A stretch of DNA of 64,000 nucleotides. Origin: a virus. Made by a program: the position numbers and the translations under genes. Positions 41,201 to 51,142 of the stretch are shown here, piece after piece. Within the stretch, counting starts at the first letter, position 1, and every line of letters begins with the position of its first letter. The stretch spans positions 1 through 64,000 of the IMG/VR virus record IMGVR_UViG_3300020165_003419; one strand, given 5' to 3'. A model generated the notes under the pieces. The model worked only from the letters and a program-made list of their open reading frames with translations. It had not been told where the DNA came from and ran no database searches.

Positions 41201-44200
41201 ATATCGGGAATTGATATTCTGTCTATATCCACTCCTCCGAATAAGCCAGTAAAACCCAAATCGCTAAAACTCTTAGTAATTGAGGTTGAGGGTTTCCATG
41301 TATTATTCAATTCAACTGTCGTATCAACTGACAGGATCTCTTGTTGCAAATATGCTGCAACTTTTTCTGGAAAATTACCTTTTTGTAGCTCGGTTGAAGC
41401 GGGGTCAGAGAAAAAGAACAGAAATTGCGAGGAGTCAGGCGCCTCTCCGTCGGTGACAAAATCGACATATCTTGGGTTTGTGGCGCTTTTTCTCCAGTGA
41501 GCCGTTAATGGTTGACCCATTGTATCAGACAACACCATGTTGAGCAGTCCCCATTCGCCAAATCCAAATGCACCACCATTGCCTATTATGTCTTCTGCAT
41601 AATCTTTCTTAAGAGATTTTAAGCTACCAGCAAGACTTGTTGATGCTGCAGCTTGTTGTTGTGGTGATTCAAATGGAACCAAACCATCGTCACAACCGGG
41701 TTGCGATACCATCGGCGGCATGCCAATTGCCTCCGGATCAACAAACCCTTGCTGCATTACAGTAGCGAGACTTTCTAAATCATCTTGTAAGTCATCCTGC
41801 AAGTTGTTAAACATGGTGTCACACTGTTCCGGAGTTGCTCTACCCTCAAGCAAAGCGCAGCGCATTTCTTTAAATTTATCTAACTGATCAGGGGTTGCAC
41901 ATAACGTTGGGTTTGCCGGTAAATCATCATCTTCTGGCAAATCTGCCATAAAGTCTCTCATTCCTTGTTTCACATCTTCTGGCATCAATGTTCCGCAATT
42001 GGCCATAAAGTCGCCAATCGATGCTTGAGTTGGAAATGCTTCTGAAAACTGCGGGTATTCATATTGAACCAAATTATAAGCTGCCGCTCCCATCTCTGCA
42101 GACATATCACCCAGAAAAGCATTCATCATCTCGCTGCGAGTAACTGCAGAAGACAAGTCGCCAGCAAACGATACTACAGCATCCTTATCCGCTAGCGCGG
42201 CACCACCGACGCCAAGTTTTTCGAACATATCGGCGATTGTGTCGTCTATTTGACTGTCACTAGCAGAGTCTTCTCCACAAATTGCATCTTTGACAACGTC
42301 TCTAAATGTCGTGCTACCGTCTAATAATCCAGCTATGGAACCGACGAGCGATCCCAATGCTTCAAGCGCTTTACATATCGCAGAACCCAGTAGCTCACAA
42401 ATTTTGATCATTATCTTAACGATAATCATAATAAGTATTTTTTGTAACACAATCTTTAAAAGTTGGAATATGATCCAAGGGAGGTCAGATAGCTTAGGGA
42501 TCCATCCAAATGGATTAAAAAGCTTTGGCATCTTCATATCACGAAGAGAGCGACACCATGGTAAATCAATATCTTTAATAAAGTCTAAAAGGTTTGGCTG
42601 CAAAATCGGCGGTCTTGGGCAATCGAGCATCATGATCATCTTAGCAACCATTTGTGCGCCTGGATATTTATTGAGCATATCAGTTACTGACAATAAATCG
42701 TCAGCATATACTTCAATGAGAGCCTTAATATATGCTTCTATTATAACGTTATCGCTTAATTCATTTTCAGCATTACTTTGCACATCGAATTGTTGCGCCA
42801 ATGTTCTTCTTGTTAGTTCTGAAGATCCTGTTGCTGAATCGTATCCAGGTGCTTTGGAAAAAGCGGGGCGTTTACTCTTGTTTAATGTCGTTGGATCACC
42901 TTCCGGGGACCCTGAAGTGTTTGCCGGGGTTCTCTTCCAAGGTGGAGTATACTTTAATTTTCCAGATGTTACATCTGAGGCTACTGCCATTCCGCCCTCA
43001 AGGGCGGCACCAGATGCATTTTTCAGGATGTCTTGTTCCGCGAGCTTTTTGTTTACTAATTTCTCCATTTCTGCTTGTCTTTCGGGAGGTAGACCAATAA
43101 AGAAGTCTCCAAGATTTTCTATAGACATACCTCGGAGAGCCGCAGCAATAATACTAGATAAAGAGGCTTCAAGACTAAGTCCAGAAAGAAGACATCCTAT
43201 CGCTTCCATTACCAAATCGAACAAGCCGCAGATTTTTAGTCTGTCTAATCCATCAGCAAACAAATTATCTAAAATAGTATCGGCGCCGGGGATGGATATC
43301 CCACTAAATCCTGATAGAAAGTTTGCGCAAATCATCACGAAGATTTGTTCGTCGTCGTTCATCTGTTGGAACGCTTGTTCTGTAGCCATCTCCATTAGCT
43401 TTTTTGGTCGACCGAGCATTCCAGTTTCCGGATCAAAGTCGTTTGGGTCTATTACGACCCCCATTTTTATATTCTTCTTCTGGAACGAGTCAAAGGTCTT
43501 CGAACAGACGTCTTTGTTGAATTGGTAAGCCAATGCATCACCAATGCTGAAAAACTCATCTAATATTTCTTGTCCTAGGTTGAGCCCTTCGGTAGCTATC
43601 TTGTCTTGTATACAACTTGCTATAGTATCTGTTGTCTGCTCTTCGGGCCACTTTAGTGTACTATATACTTTAGGATAAGTAAACTCAGTAACCACATCAA
43701 GCCATTGGGGAGCTTCTCTTGCTTGCAGTTTTTGATCTATCCTGTTCATATTCGCAAAATACGCAACTGCAGTACGGTCCTTCCACGCTTGAGTAGAGAT
43801 AAGAGGCTTTAACCTTTTCTTCTTGTAAACATAAGGCTTTCCACCACAACCAAGAGTCCAGACTCTTAGTCTTTTTAGTTCGTATTTCGCAGAAAACTTA
43901 AACTCTATCTTGGTAATTCTATCCATCCCAAAAGCTATTTTGCCCACACCAAATATATTAAGACCTTTATCGTTTAAAAATCCATCTAAAGATGTAAGCA
44001 GTTGTGCAAGAGTGCTGGTTGGGAACAAACCTGCATCGCCATAACGACTGAATTGTTTAATAGAATACAATTTGTTTGATTCTTCAAACACAATTTTACC
44101 GCGTTCTATGGCAGTATACACTCTATAAAATCTTGAGTAAAGATTAAATGCCTTTCGAACCCTAATTAAGCGAGATTGCATAAGGTCGGCTTCCATCTCA

Positions 44201-44697
44201 ACAACGATTGGATTTCCGGGCGTTTCTTCTTCGTCTTCTTCTTCGTCTTCATCCTCTGTCTCCATGGACGGAAGATTAGCTAATATATCAAATGGTACAG
44301 AATATAATAATTTAGCGTATGACAATGGACGTGGGTCAAGGTCATATGCTTGGCTCTCAATCGATTCTTCGAGAGCACTTCGTGTTTCATCGGTGTCAGC
44401 TTTATTGAACCCGATTAGAAGACCTTCAATTGCTTCGGCTTTATATTCGGAATAAATTTCTTCTATATTTACGATGTTTTGATGACTTGTTTGTACAGAA
44501 ACTTGGTACGTACAGAACTTTTCATTGAACCATGGTTCAGTAGACTCTCGGGTTCTCCAGCTTGGCGTAATAAAATTTGGATTTGGTACGCATGTAGGGC
44601 ATTTTTTTCCAGGAACAACATCAATGATATCATCGCACTTGTCATTTAAACCATCACCGGTTTTATCTTGAAATTGTAAAAATTTAGATTCAGCCAT
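38233..44697 (-). CDS. Very large hypothetical virion protein (baseplate hub region)
   Basis: 2154 aa, acidic, Cys-containing, between the gp5-like and gp25 genes. Confidence 0.6.
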   Translation of the reverse strand: MAESKFLQFQDKTGDGLNDKCDDIIDVVPGKKCPTCVPNPNFITPSWRTRESTEPWFNEKFCTYQVSVQTSHQNIVNIEEIYSEYKAEAIEGLLIGFNKADTDETRSALEESIESQAYDLDPRPLSYAKLLYSVPFDILANLPSMETEDEDEEEDEEETPGNPIVVEMEADLMQSRLIRVRKAFNLYSRFYRVYTAIERGKIVFEESNKLYSIKQFSRYGDAGLFPTSTLAQLLTSLDGFLNDKGLNIFGVGKIAFGMDRITKIEFKFSAKYELKRLRVWTLGCGGKPYVYKKKRLKPLISTQAWKDRTAVAYFANMNRIDQKLQAREAPQWLDVVTEFTYPKVYSTLKWPEEQTTDTIASCIQDKIATEGLNLGQEILDEFFSIGDALAYQFNKDVCSKTFDSFQKKNIKMGVVIDPNDFDPETGMLGRPKKLMEMATEQAFQQMNDDEQIFVMICANFLSGFSGISIPGADTILDNLFADGLDRLKICGLFDLVMEAIGCLLSGLSLEASLSSIIAAALRGMSIENLGDFFIGLPPERQAEMEKLVNKKLAEQDILKNASGAALEGGMAVASDVTSGKLKYTPPWKRTPANTSGSPEGDPTTLNKSKRPAFSKAPGYDSATGSSELTRRTLAQQFDVQSNAENELSDNVIIEAYIKALIEVYADDLLSVTDMLNKYPGAQMVAKMIMMLDCPRPPILQPNLLDFIKDIDLPWCRSLRDMKMPKLFNPFGWIPKLSDLPWIIFQLLKIVLQKILIMIIVKIMIKICELLGSAICKALEALGSLVGSIAGLLDGSTTFRDVVKDAICGEDSASDSQIDDTIADMFEKLGVGGAALADKDAVVSFAGDLSSAVTRSEMMNAFLGDMSAEMGAAAYNLVQYEYPQFSEAFPTQASIGDFMANCGTLMPEDVKQGMRDFMADLPEDDDLPANPTLCATPDQLDKFKEMRCALLEGRATPEQCDTMFNNLQDDLQDDLESLATVMQQGFVDPEAIGMPPMVSQPGCDDGLVPFESPQQQAAASTSLAGSLKSLKKDYAEDIIGNGGAFGFGEWGLLNMVLSDTMGQPLTAHWRKSATNPRYVDFVTDGEAPDSSQFLFFFSDPASTELQKGNFPEKVAAYLQQEILSVDTTVELNNTWKPSTSITKSFSDLGFTGLFGGVDIDRISIPDMGFNVSLRTNLGTETMRIVRNGRKADEDIKLKFRDNNKGRRSLEGTSFAYGFDIDAYFGDLMETGGVISNLGTAFEPLDTTRININNIFNLKAMYRADLRAMMSPDEWKDYKSDKASSDGDPLMYERLYEFVAIDNTFGEIDPLQYPTFAECYSSKSENNPSVALLYDLINNNAVLDVIPSKQVINEHISKVVTQLFERFKTEIAMNDFAFMYGAKYDTLVEEDAEYVVAKDQTLSAAGTPYEEAIILDDDNEIRSIRNSDMIMGVSRDQLERGDDARVYYLDPTTYGGSYTNPGVYIKPLQHEGYLGMVNIMFPEFTPCKPHNTDLVDFGSISKEISDTYNEIPEDQRLQSDPDCVTEVPYNRILTRAGKAGIQGLIKSACRIYASVHYLKTYATFSIFKPDFENVFSTIYPQYIVENMERSFRDAQGAGWEFFNTFKDDEFWYAFLEQAVQTYGRLVDAGTIVDPPEAVLQALFRINDAQENYKYPRITDKRNDVKIANVLDETQAPYRWPLKTRGLRTYRDEKNFEAVQATEEDAKIVLKEFVLEELKFLSDKFLTNMAHAGVEPKINDIFYYILSNMTQGGETLDLDKKIVEEPIGLPTEGEEHYTAGGELSMPEGGEYVGYYHNHTDQDGNVIYMAGEFHVEDQHDILTPFANKLVVPIGDINEYASGVSYTTVESHPFVIEKYISLNGIKMNPSDAILRIKSNELSLNISEVYPGDMQLVYPIGQDGEQNTTLPPIGTTGQLGARYGLMFSAVVSGKKYTLVTTEMDMLDLSVGAAAPIEANSKLLLCMINQLREVPEMQYVLNGVYSAKKVPSILAIYNDLGFLPSIGEQTVADAESFPTLLGMLDSTKPTFESKPGIKVTFPRAPENWDADYSESNALWASYSDRQVFTPFNLDWDDWDQTLLKSSKSRIKKLFKSHYYNRKFNFEPDDGESTDYAALVVKNLKASLQPTKGARILPWFRRSKLRDNPFNANGDLCKKPEN

Positions 44698-44711
44698 TTT
44701 TAATTCATTCC

Positions 44712-45695
44712 TTACGTAGAGAACACGTTTGTGCTAACCACGTATTTATCTCCAAAAGGTTTAGTATAATTAACATCCCACAAAGTCTTGTTAACTCTGC
44801 TGTGGTATAAACTCGGTAAAACCCAAGCTATAGTCTGAGAGGAAGCGAATGCGCATGGTGCAGCATGCCACGGAATTGGAGTAACACTAAGCGAAGCAAA
44901 TGTCGTAACATTTAATAATGCTAAATTGAATACTGAAGACCACAATTCATCTACAACTTCAGACAAATCTCGAAGAGCGTCTCTCACGTGTTCACCTTTT
45001 GCCACACCTTGTAAAATTCTGTGGGTTGGTCCAAGACCTAAAAAGCCAGATTCCTGTTTTACATTTCCAGCGATCAATTCAATTGGGGGTGCGGGCTGTA
45101 TTATCTTACCTCCGCGCGCGTTCTGTTCACCGTTAAAGCCATGACCTTTAAATGCGTGGGCACGACCGGTGACTATTTTTACACCTTCGCGACCAATGAC
45201 TCGTACAGCATCAGCTTTAATTCCAATACCGCTACGACCTTTGATTTTTCCAGCTTGTCCGGGGTCGATGCCAAAGTTTAAGTCGATATCCGTCAGTTGG
45301 CTTATATAGATTCTTGCAGCATCACCACTAAATGAGTTATTGACTGCCATTCCATCTTTTAGTTTTGAATTGGACGCTATTCGACCCACCACTAAATCAA
45401 TTGTGTTCGCCTTTTGAGCACCTTTTCCGCCATAACCAGAAGCTAAGTGTGAGGGTCTATCTGATCCAATCACGATGCCGCAGTTTTTGGAACTGTCAGT
45501 TAGTAACACATTGTTAGCAGCTGCCACAAAGTTTACTCTCGGCTCCTCAACTACAGTGTTAAACAATCCAGAATGACTGCCAACTACATTCATTGTTTGA
45601 TTCTGCTCATCGAGAGTTTGAGCAGGAGGAACTACAATTGTTTGTCTCAACGCACCCAATAAAGAGTGGTCATATAATTTTGATTTTTTTGCCAT
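44712..45695 (-). CDS. Putative baseplate spike / gp5 C-terminal-like protein
   Basis: Beta-rich repeats IVIGSDRP, IDLVVGR, ARIYISQ, IGIKADAVRVIGREGVKIVTG; position in the baseplate module. Confidence 0.5.
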   Translation of the reverse strand: MAKKSKLYDHSLLGALRQTIVVPPAQTLDEQNQTMNVVGSHSGLFNTVVEEPRVNFVAAANNVLLTDSSKNCGIVIGSDRPSHLASGYGGKGAQKANTIDLVVGRIASNSKLKDGMAVNNSFSGDAARIYISQLTDIDLNFGIDPGQAGKIKGRSGIGIKADAVRVIGREGVKIVTGRAHAFKGHGFNGEQNARGGKIIQPAPPIELIAGNVKQESGFLGLGPTHRILQGVAKGEHVRDALRDLSEVVDELWSSVFNLALLNVTTFASLSVTPIPWHAAPCAFASSQTIAWVLPSLYHSRVNKTLWDVNYTKPFGDKYVVSTNVFST

Positions 45696-45712
45696 TTTTA
45701 CTAACCGATTTA

Positions 45713-46987
45713 TTAAGAACCGTCAACACTCCAGTGCCACGCTTCGTCTTGATAATTTTTAATTTTAAGAGTGCCGTTTCCGCGCAGTCCGATGCTTTTA
45801 AGCCACAAGTGTGCTTCTGAGGAGAATGAAGCTCCAAGTGAGCCTCCAAAATCTATTGCAAGCCCCACATTATGTCTAGACTTTCCTGGGCGAGCAGTCG
45901 GAGGTGTGCACTTTGGACGCGTTGGACTGCTCATGACTTCATTAAAATTTCTGTGTCCACAGTTTGCCATTCTAAGATATATTTGTGTTTCAATTGAACG
46001 ATATCCGCTTGAAAAGCAGATAGGATCAACTCCATTTTCTTCAACGTATGGATCCCACCATGATTGCTGCGTTGCTAATCGGTATACTTCCCGAAGTGTC
46101 GCGACCCACGTTGGGTGACCAGTAACACTAGTTTGTTTGTTATGTTTATTCCTACCAATTTGTTCTGTACGACAATTGGCTACAGGATACTGCGCGATAA
46201 GAGCTTGTTCAGCAGCAGAGGGACTTGCACCAAAAAAATCAGCCGGGAAGCCACATTGCCCGCTTGCTAGCTTAGTATAGCCCAGCTTCGAAGGGTCATC
46301 AATCAATTGTCTAGAAACTTCATCAATTAAAGGTTGAGCTTGTGCTCGGGTAATATCTGGTATCCGGGGTCCTTCGAAATCAAAAGATGCATACGCAATT
46401 GTAAGGTCACCAAGATCTTGATCCGGATCGAAATCATCAAATCTAGAAGCTAGATTGGTACACTCGGTTGCCATAGCATTTGCTACTACAGAAGACGATG
46501 ATGCATCAAAAATTTCTGTAAAGATCGCATTCTGAAGGTTAAGTTTTATATCTCCTGCTTGCAACTTCACTATTACCGTGTCTCCAATAGTTGGAATGCG
46601 GCCGGAATAGCCTGCTACTGAAGTAAAGGTAGTATGCATGTTAATAATTTTAATTGCTATGCCAGGAGAGGAGTGCATTTCTAAATTGCAAGGATTGGGA
46701 ATAGAAGCATGCGGCGAGATAAACCCATTACCTATAATCCTTCCTTTGAAAGATATACCACCTTCAAGGGTATTATCGTTCCATAAATCACTGGCGCCCG
46801 TAAACACAGCGTTGGCATCTGCTGCAGATTGTGGGATTGGTTTAGTTAATACAATAACAGAAAATTCTGTTTGAGTTCCATACGCATCGTAAGCCAAGGA
46901 CTCTCTAAGCGAGTTAGCCTCTAATTCGGACGCGCCTTGAGCATCTGTAAAAAGATCTGGGTCTATCGCTCTTCTATTCTGTCCCAT
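45713..46987 (-). CDS. Tail-associated peptidoglycan peptidase (M15/VanY-like C-terminal domain; possible gp5-like OB-fold N-terminus)
   Basis: SGYRS...Q...ARPGKSRHNVGLAID (SxHxxGxAxD) and EAWHW (ExxH) are M15 zinc ligands. Confidence 0.8.
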   Translation of the reverse strand: MGQNRRAIDPDLFTDAQGASELEANSLRESLAYDAYGTQTEFSVIVLTKPIPQSAADANAVFTGASDLWNDNTLEGGISFKGRIIGNGFISPHASIPNPCNLEMHSSPGIAIKIINMHTTFTSVAGYSGRIPTIGDTVIVKLQAGDIKLNLQNAIFTEIFDASSSSVVANAMATECTNLASRFDDFDPDQDLGDLTIAYASFDFEGPRIPDITRAQAQPLIDEVSRQLIDDPSKLGYTKLASGQCGFPADFFGASPSAAEQALIAQYPVANCRTEQIGRNKHNKQTSVTGHPTWVATLREVYRLATQQSWWDPYVEENGVDPICFSSGYRSIETQIYLRMANCGHRNFNEVMSSPTRPKCTPPTARPGKSRHNVGLAIDFGGSLGASFSSEAHLWLKSIGLRGNGTLKIKNYQDEAWHWSVDGS

Positions 46988-47276
46988 TTAGATCTCCTTG
47001 AATTAAATCAAATAGTTCATCTTTTTCTTTTTGATTCAATTCGACCGGTCCTACTGAGGTTTTTTGTTTTAAATTAATAATTTTAACCAACTGTTCATTG
47101 GACCTTTGCATAGTTTCGATATGTTTTGCAGCGACAGGGCTAAGATACTTATTTTCTTCTGAGTTGTTGGCGATCTGATTTGCAATCTCGTTCAAAAACT
47201 CTTTTGCAACTTTTCGATCACTTCGAATATTATCTAACGCTTCAGAAATCAATGTATCTATTCTGCTGTCACTCAT
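46974..47276 (-). CDS. Hypothetical helical protein
   Basis: 100-aa ORF coupled to the sigma-factor gene. Confidence 0.55.
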   Translation of the reverse strand: MSDSRIDTLISEALDNIRSDRKVAKEFLNEIANQIANNSEENKYLSPVAAKHIETMQRSNEQLVKIINLKQKTSVGPVELNQKEKDELFDLIQGDLNGTE

Positions 47277-47995
47277 AACATACCACCTTCCCAGTCACCT
47301 TTAAATGAATAATACTTCTTTCGAAATTTCTTTAAAGAGTTGACGATCTGTTTTGTATTAAGACCGGTTAATTCTCTCAGATATAAATAAATAGCTTTTT
47401 TGTTAAAAATTTCGATATCTTCTTTTGATTCAAAGAGCACAACTATAGCTTTATATACTTTTAAGTCGTTTTCTTTCATTTGTGTTTCATCCCAAGATGT
47501 CATTTCTTGATAGAATGATTTCCAGAATTCTTCTTCCTCTCTTATCGTAAGATATGATTCGCTAGTAGACAGATATTCTTCCTCAAATCTTTTGGAAATA
47601 TTATCATAATCAATTTCTCTTTTATTTCTTTTTTGTTGCCTCTTTACCTTATGAATAAACCAATTTTTAGTAATAACCGAGAAGTACGAGAAGGCTTTTG
47701 AGCCTTTGCTTTGATCATATTTGTCTAAGATGGTCATTAGCCAAATTTTGCACTCATCTCTTAGGGAGTCACAATTTGGTAAATTTGTAAATTTATAAGT
47801 AAAAACAATCTTATCAACCATTTGGTCAAATGCTGGTTGTATAAAACTTACGTAAAGCTCTGTTCTTTCGCGAATGCATTGTGTTTGTGAATATCTCACT
47901 ATTGCATCTTCATGAACTTGAGTAAAGTAATGGTTTTTTGTTCTCTTTTTTCTACGTCTCTTGATAGTTGGCTTCTTCGGCGTCGTCGTCGTCAT
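47273..47995 (-). CDS. Phage sigma factor for late transcription (T4 gp55-like)
   Basis: KNHYF...IVFTYKF...LRDECKIWLMTILDKYDQSKGSKAFSYFSVITKNWF matches the sigma region 2/gp55 pattern. Confidence 0.75.
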   Translation of the reverse strand: MTTTTPKKPTIKRRRKKRTKNHYFTQVHEDAIVRYSQTQCIRERTELYVSFIQPAFDQMVDKIVFTYKFTNLPNCDSLRDECKIWLMTILDKYDQSKGSKAFSYFSVITKNWFIHKVKRQQKRNKREIDYDNISKRFEEEYLSTSESYLTIREEEEFWKSFYQEMTSWDETQMKENDLKVYKAIVVLFESKEDIEIFNKKAIYLYLRELTGLNTKQIVNSLKKFRKKYYSFKGDWEGGML

Positions 47996-48293
47996 TATCA
48001 GCGGTTTCCTCTTCTATTAGCGAATATACATATTCGAATGTTTCTAACTGTTCATCGAACGAACGAGCATGGTCGACTAAACTTTTTAAAGTTTCATCTC
48101 CATAAAAAGTATCTGTTTCATACACAGCTTGAATATGGTTTGAAAACGATGAAATCATTCTTTGTAAATCACCTAATTCTTCTGCGACCCACAAAAGTCT
48201 AACTATTGCGGTTCTTGCATATATGAAAACACCTATGTTGAATATAGCCGAGAGCATCAATATGCTCGATAATATAATTTCAAGTCGGCTCAT
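47952..48293 (-). CDS. Membrane-anchored coiled-coil protein
   Basis: N-terminal hydrophobic helix and acidic tail. Confidence 0.55.
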   Translation of the reverse strand: MSRLEIILSSILMLSAIFNIGVFIYARTAIVRLLWVAEELGDLQRMISSFSNHIQAVYETDTFYGDETLKSLVDHARSFDEQLETFEYVYSLIEEETADNDDDDAEEANYQET

Positions 48294-48543
48294 GGGTATC
48301 TCGCTTAGCGTTCTTTTTTTCTTGTTCTAAAATCTCTCTATTTTTCTCAATGTATTCTTTTGTCGTCTCACCGATTTTTTGAATATCAGTGTTTCTGTTC
48401 TTATAGAGAGGAGTCGTTAACAGCTTTACCATTGTACCAAACTCTTGACAATTTGTGCAGAAATCTATTTTATCATTCATTGAATGAACAATAATCATGT
48501 TTACTTCACAACTAGAACACTGGTAGTTATAGCGCGGCATCAC
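48280..48543 (-). CDS. FmdB-family zinc ribbon protein
   Basis: MPRYNYQCSSC...CTNC. Confidence 0.8.
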   Translation of the reverse strand: MMPRYNYQCSSCEVNMIIVHSMNDKIDFCTNCQEFGTMVKLLTTPLYKNRNTDIQKIGETTKEYIEKNREILEQEKKNAKRDTHEPT

Positions 48544-48764
48544 TCAACCATGTTTAGCAAATCTTCTTTTGTGATCTCACTTTCGCTAGAAACACGTACA
48601 GTAGGGGGGTTTGTAACAGTGAGTCCTTCTTCGGTGGCCACTAATTCAAATCCTTTTAGGATTGGAACAATGTCGATTTGATTTAACAAAGATTCTTGTA
48701 ACGCCATCATTACGGCGCCGAGAGCCTGATTTGATAGTTTATAAGTTTCAGTATTATTATCCAT
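48540..48764 (-). CDS. Hypothetical protein
   Basis: Likely start is ATG 48764 (MDNNTETYKLSNQALG...), preceded by AAGGA. Confidence 0.55.
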   Translation of the reverse strand: MDNNTETYKLSNQALGAVMMALQESLLNQIDIVPILKGFELVATEEGLTVTNPPTVRVSSESEITKEDLLNMVE

Positions 48765-49620
48765 TTTTATTTCCTTTGTTGTTTGATGTGGCTCCTTCAA
48801 TTTTGAGCCAATCGTGGTTTTCTCTTACTTCTAAATTCTTTTGCCAAGATGCTGACATAACTGTGGGTTCTATATCGTTGTCTTCGTAATATTTGATAAA
48901 TCCGTTAATATCCTTTGGAAAACATTTTCCACCATAGCCTAGGCTACCGTCGTGTCCTGGGACGTCTGTATGTGAGTTACCTATCCGTCCGTCACTGAGG
49001 AACCCAGTCATTATTGATTGCCAGTTTAAATCTTTCATGTTTGCCATTTGATACATTTCGTTCATGAATGATACTTTAACGGAAAAGAAGCAATTGCACA
49101 TATACTTTATAAATTCAGCTGACTGTGTGTCAGTCTCTATAATCTGAGTTGCTGTGAATCGATCCCGGTACAGCTCTTTAACTCTTTGAGATAACTCTTT
49201 ATGCTCAGCGCCGATTACAATTCTTGAAGTATTAATAAAGTCTAAGCGTGCAGTTCTTTCCGTTAAAAACTCTGGATTAAAGACTATATTCAGAGTAGGA
49301 TAACGTTCAATGTATTTTAAAGTTGTGCCGGGGACTGCTGTTGATTTAACAATAACAATATTGTTCGATTGTTGATTTACTTTCTCTATCTGGTCAAGCA
49401 CTTGATCTAAAATAGATAAGTCAATCTCTCCGCCGTGACCAATGTTCATCGGTGTGGGCACGCTTACAAAAATAAACTCTGATTCATTAACCACTTCTTC
49501 AAATGTGTGAGTAGAACGCCTTTCATCAGCATCATATATTTTTACATTCGCGTGGAGCGTAAATCCAGATGCAATTGCGGAGCCGACAAAGCCATTTCCT
49601 ATAATCCCAACATTCTTCAT
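48757..49620 (-). CDS. ugd: UDP-glucose/GDP-mannose dehydrogenase family protein (short form)
   Basis: GNGFVG, FVSVPTP, VKSTAVPGTT, FNPEFL, AEFIKY and catalytic GYGGKCFPKD; no C-terminal UDP-binding domain. Confidence 0.85.
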   Translation of the reverse strand: MKNVGIIGNGFVGSAIASGFTLHANVKIYDADERRSTHTFEEVVNESEFIFVSVPTPMNIGHGGEIDLSILDQVLDQIEKVNQQSNNIVIVKSTAVPGTTLKYIERYPTLNIVFNPEFLTERTARLDFINTSRIVIGAEHKELSQRVKELYRDRFTATQIIETDTQSAEFIKYMCNCFFSVKVSFMNEMYQMANMKDLNWQSIMTGFLSDGRIGNSHTDVPGHDGSLGYGGKCFPKDINGFIKYYEDNDIEPTVMSASWQKNLEVRENHDWLKIEGATSNNKGNKNG

Positions 49621-49622
49621 GT

Positions 49623-50438
49623 TTATAATTCCTTAAAGTTTAAATATTTTTGGTGCACAAAAGATGCGCTTGGGTGCCAGTCATGTTCACTAAAGAAACA
49701 TGTTTTAGTGTTATGTGGGTTCCAATTTTCTTCGTATCGAATCTTGTTGTTAGGTATGGACCACACAACATGAGGTGTATTACACAAACTCGCTAAATGC
49801 ATAGGACCAGATGAAGGACCAAATGCACACTTAGCATTATACAGCAAATTAAATAAAGTTTGTAACTCGATACCTCTCTTGTCGTCAGTACCTTCAATCC
49901 ATCCAGATTCTGCTTCGGTACCTATACAAGCTATTTTCTTGTCTCCTAACAGGTTACTTAATTCTTTCCAGTTATCAAGACTCCAATTATCTTCTGGGCG
50001 AACTGTTTGTCTATTTCTAATGTGGAATATATAGTCATAGCTCTCATTTTGTTCTGACCCGTATATTTTATATTCTGGCTTAATGGTATGATTTCCAAAA
50101 ATTACCGGCTGAGAGAAGTGCGTAAACGGCGGCAACCCTATTCTTCTGGGTACCACCAATGCAGTTTCTTTATCGAGTTTTATTCCATTATCGACTACCA
50201 ATTTTTTAAAGTCTTTACCAAAGTCTACACCATGCATAAAAAAAGAATCAACAACTCCGCCAACAGGCACATGTTCATAGAAATCATCACAGAAATCATC
50301 ATACAACGGCTTTGAGTTTGGTCGAGAGATTATTGTAGTGTGTTCAAACTTTCTGGATAGTGCACGGATATATCCTTGCCATGCAAAAAGCTCCCAGCCG
50401 AACTCGCCAACCCAAGGTCCCGCAATCAATTTTTTCAT
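49623..50438 (-). CDS. GT9 (heptosyltransferase)-like glycosyltransferase
   Basis: GEFGWEL, NWSLDNWKEL, FGPSSGPMHLASLCNTPHVV. Confidence 0.7.
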   Translation of the reverse strand: MKKLIAGPWVGEFGWELFAWQGYIRALSRKFEHTTIISRPNSKPLYDDFCDDFYEHVPVGGVVDSFFMHGVDFGKDFKKLVVDNGIKLDKETALVVPRRIGLPPFTHFSQPVIFGNHTIKPEYKIYGSEQNESYDYIFHIRNRQTVRPEDNWSLDNWKELSNLLGDKKIACIGTEAESGWIEGTDDKRGIELQTLFNLLYNAKCAFGPSSGPMHLASLCNTPHVVWSIPNNKIRYEENWNPHNTKTCFFSEHDWHPSASFVHQKYLNFKEL

Positions 50439-51142
50439 TTATAAAGTCTCTGGTAATCTAGTTTTGCTTGGTGAATTTTGTTTTTAGCCTCGGAAGGATC
50501 AAACACCCCTTGACCAGCATAGTGTATTATATGGGAATCAAATCTATTTGGGGAACCGTTCCATTCCTCAGAAAACATTGTCATGTGATTATAATGATAA
50601 CTCAATTGTTTGACTTTGTAACCATATTTATTTATTAAATAACCAATATGAATATCATCTGTGCCCCAATCAACAAAATATTTACCGTCAATTTTTCGAT
50701 AAATGTCTCGGTGCATTTTTGATGTAACAAAAACACCGGTGTTAATATAGTTATCTCTCCATCCGATATCACCATATTGTGACTGGGCATTCAACATACA
50801 CTGCACTCTTTGACCTTTCCGGGAACCCACATCTTCGTAAATTGAACCAATGTGATCCTCTGGCACTTCTTCAAATAGATTAGGACAGTTAGGCGCCAGA
50901 AGCATATCTGAATCGAGGTGCAGAATTCTATCATATTCTTCGTGAAGATCGTAGTGCTTCATTATTCGATACTGATATACTCCGTTTCCGATGCCACCTA
51001 CAGCTTCCTTACAGTCTACCGCTTCATCCAAGACAATAAAATCTGCTCCAACTCTTTCAGCATATCGACGAATAATCGGATGTGTTAATTCAACCCAATC
51101 TAAACAGACTGCGTCTGCTCTTGTTGTAACCAAAAGACTCAC
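50435..51142 (-). CDS. GT-A fold glycosyltransferase (GT8-like)
   Basis: RILHLDSD (DxD), YINTGVFV, YNHM, IIHYAG. Confidence 0.75.
   Translation of the reverse strand: MSLLVTTRADAVCLDWVELTHPIIRRYAERVGADFIVLDEAVDCKEAVGGIGNGVYQYRIMKHYDLHEEYDRILHLDSDMLLAPNCPNLFEEVPEDHIGSIYEDVGSRKGQRVQCMLNAQSQYGDIGWRDNYINTGVFVTSKMHRDIYRKIDGKYFVDWGTDDIHIGYLINKYGYKVKQLSYHYNHMTMFSEEWNGSPNRFDSHIIHYAGQGVFDPSEAKNKIHQAKLDYQRLYK

Noticed and set aside
42290-43528. 412-aa plus-strand ORF
   Set aside because: It lies wholly antisense to the 2154-aa gene, is Ser/Ile-rich with no motif and has a TTG start. This is a typical antisense shadow frame.
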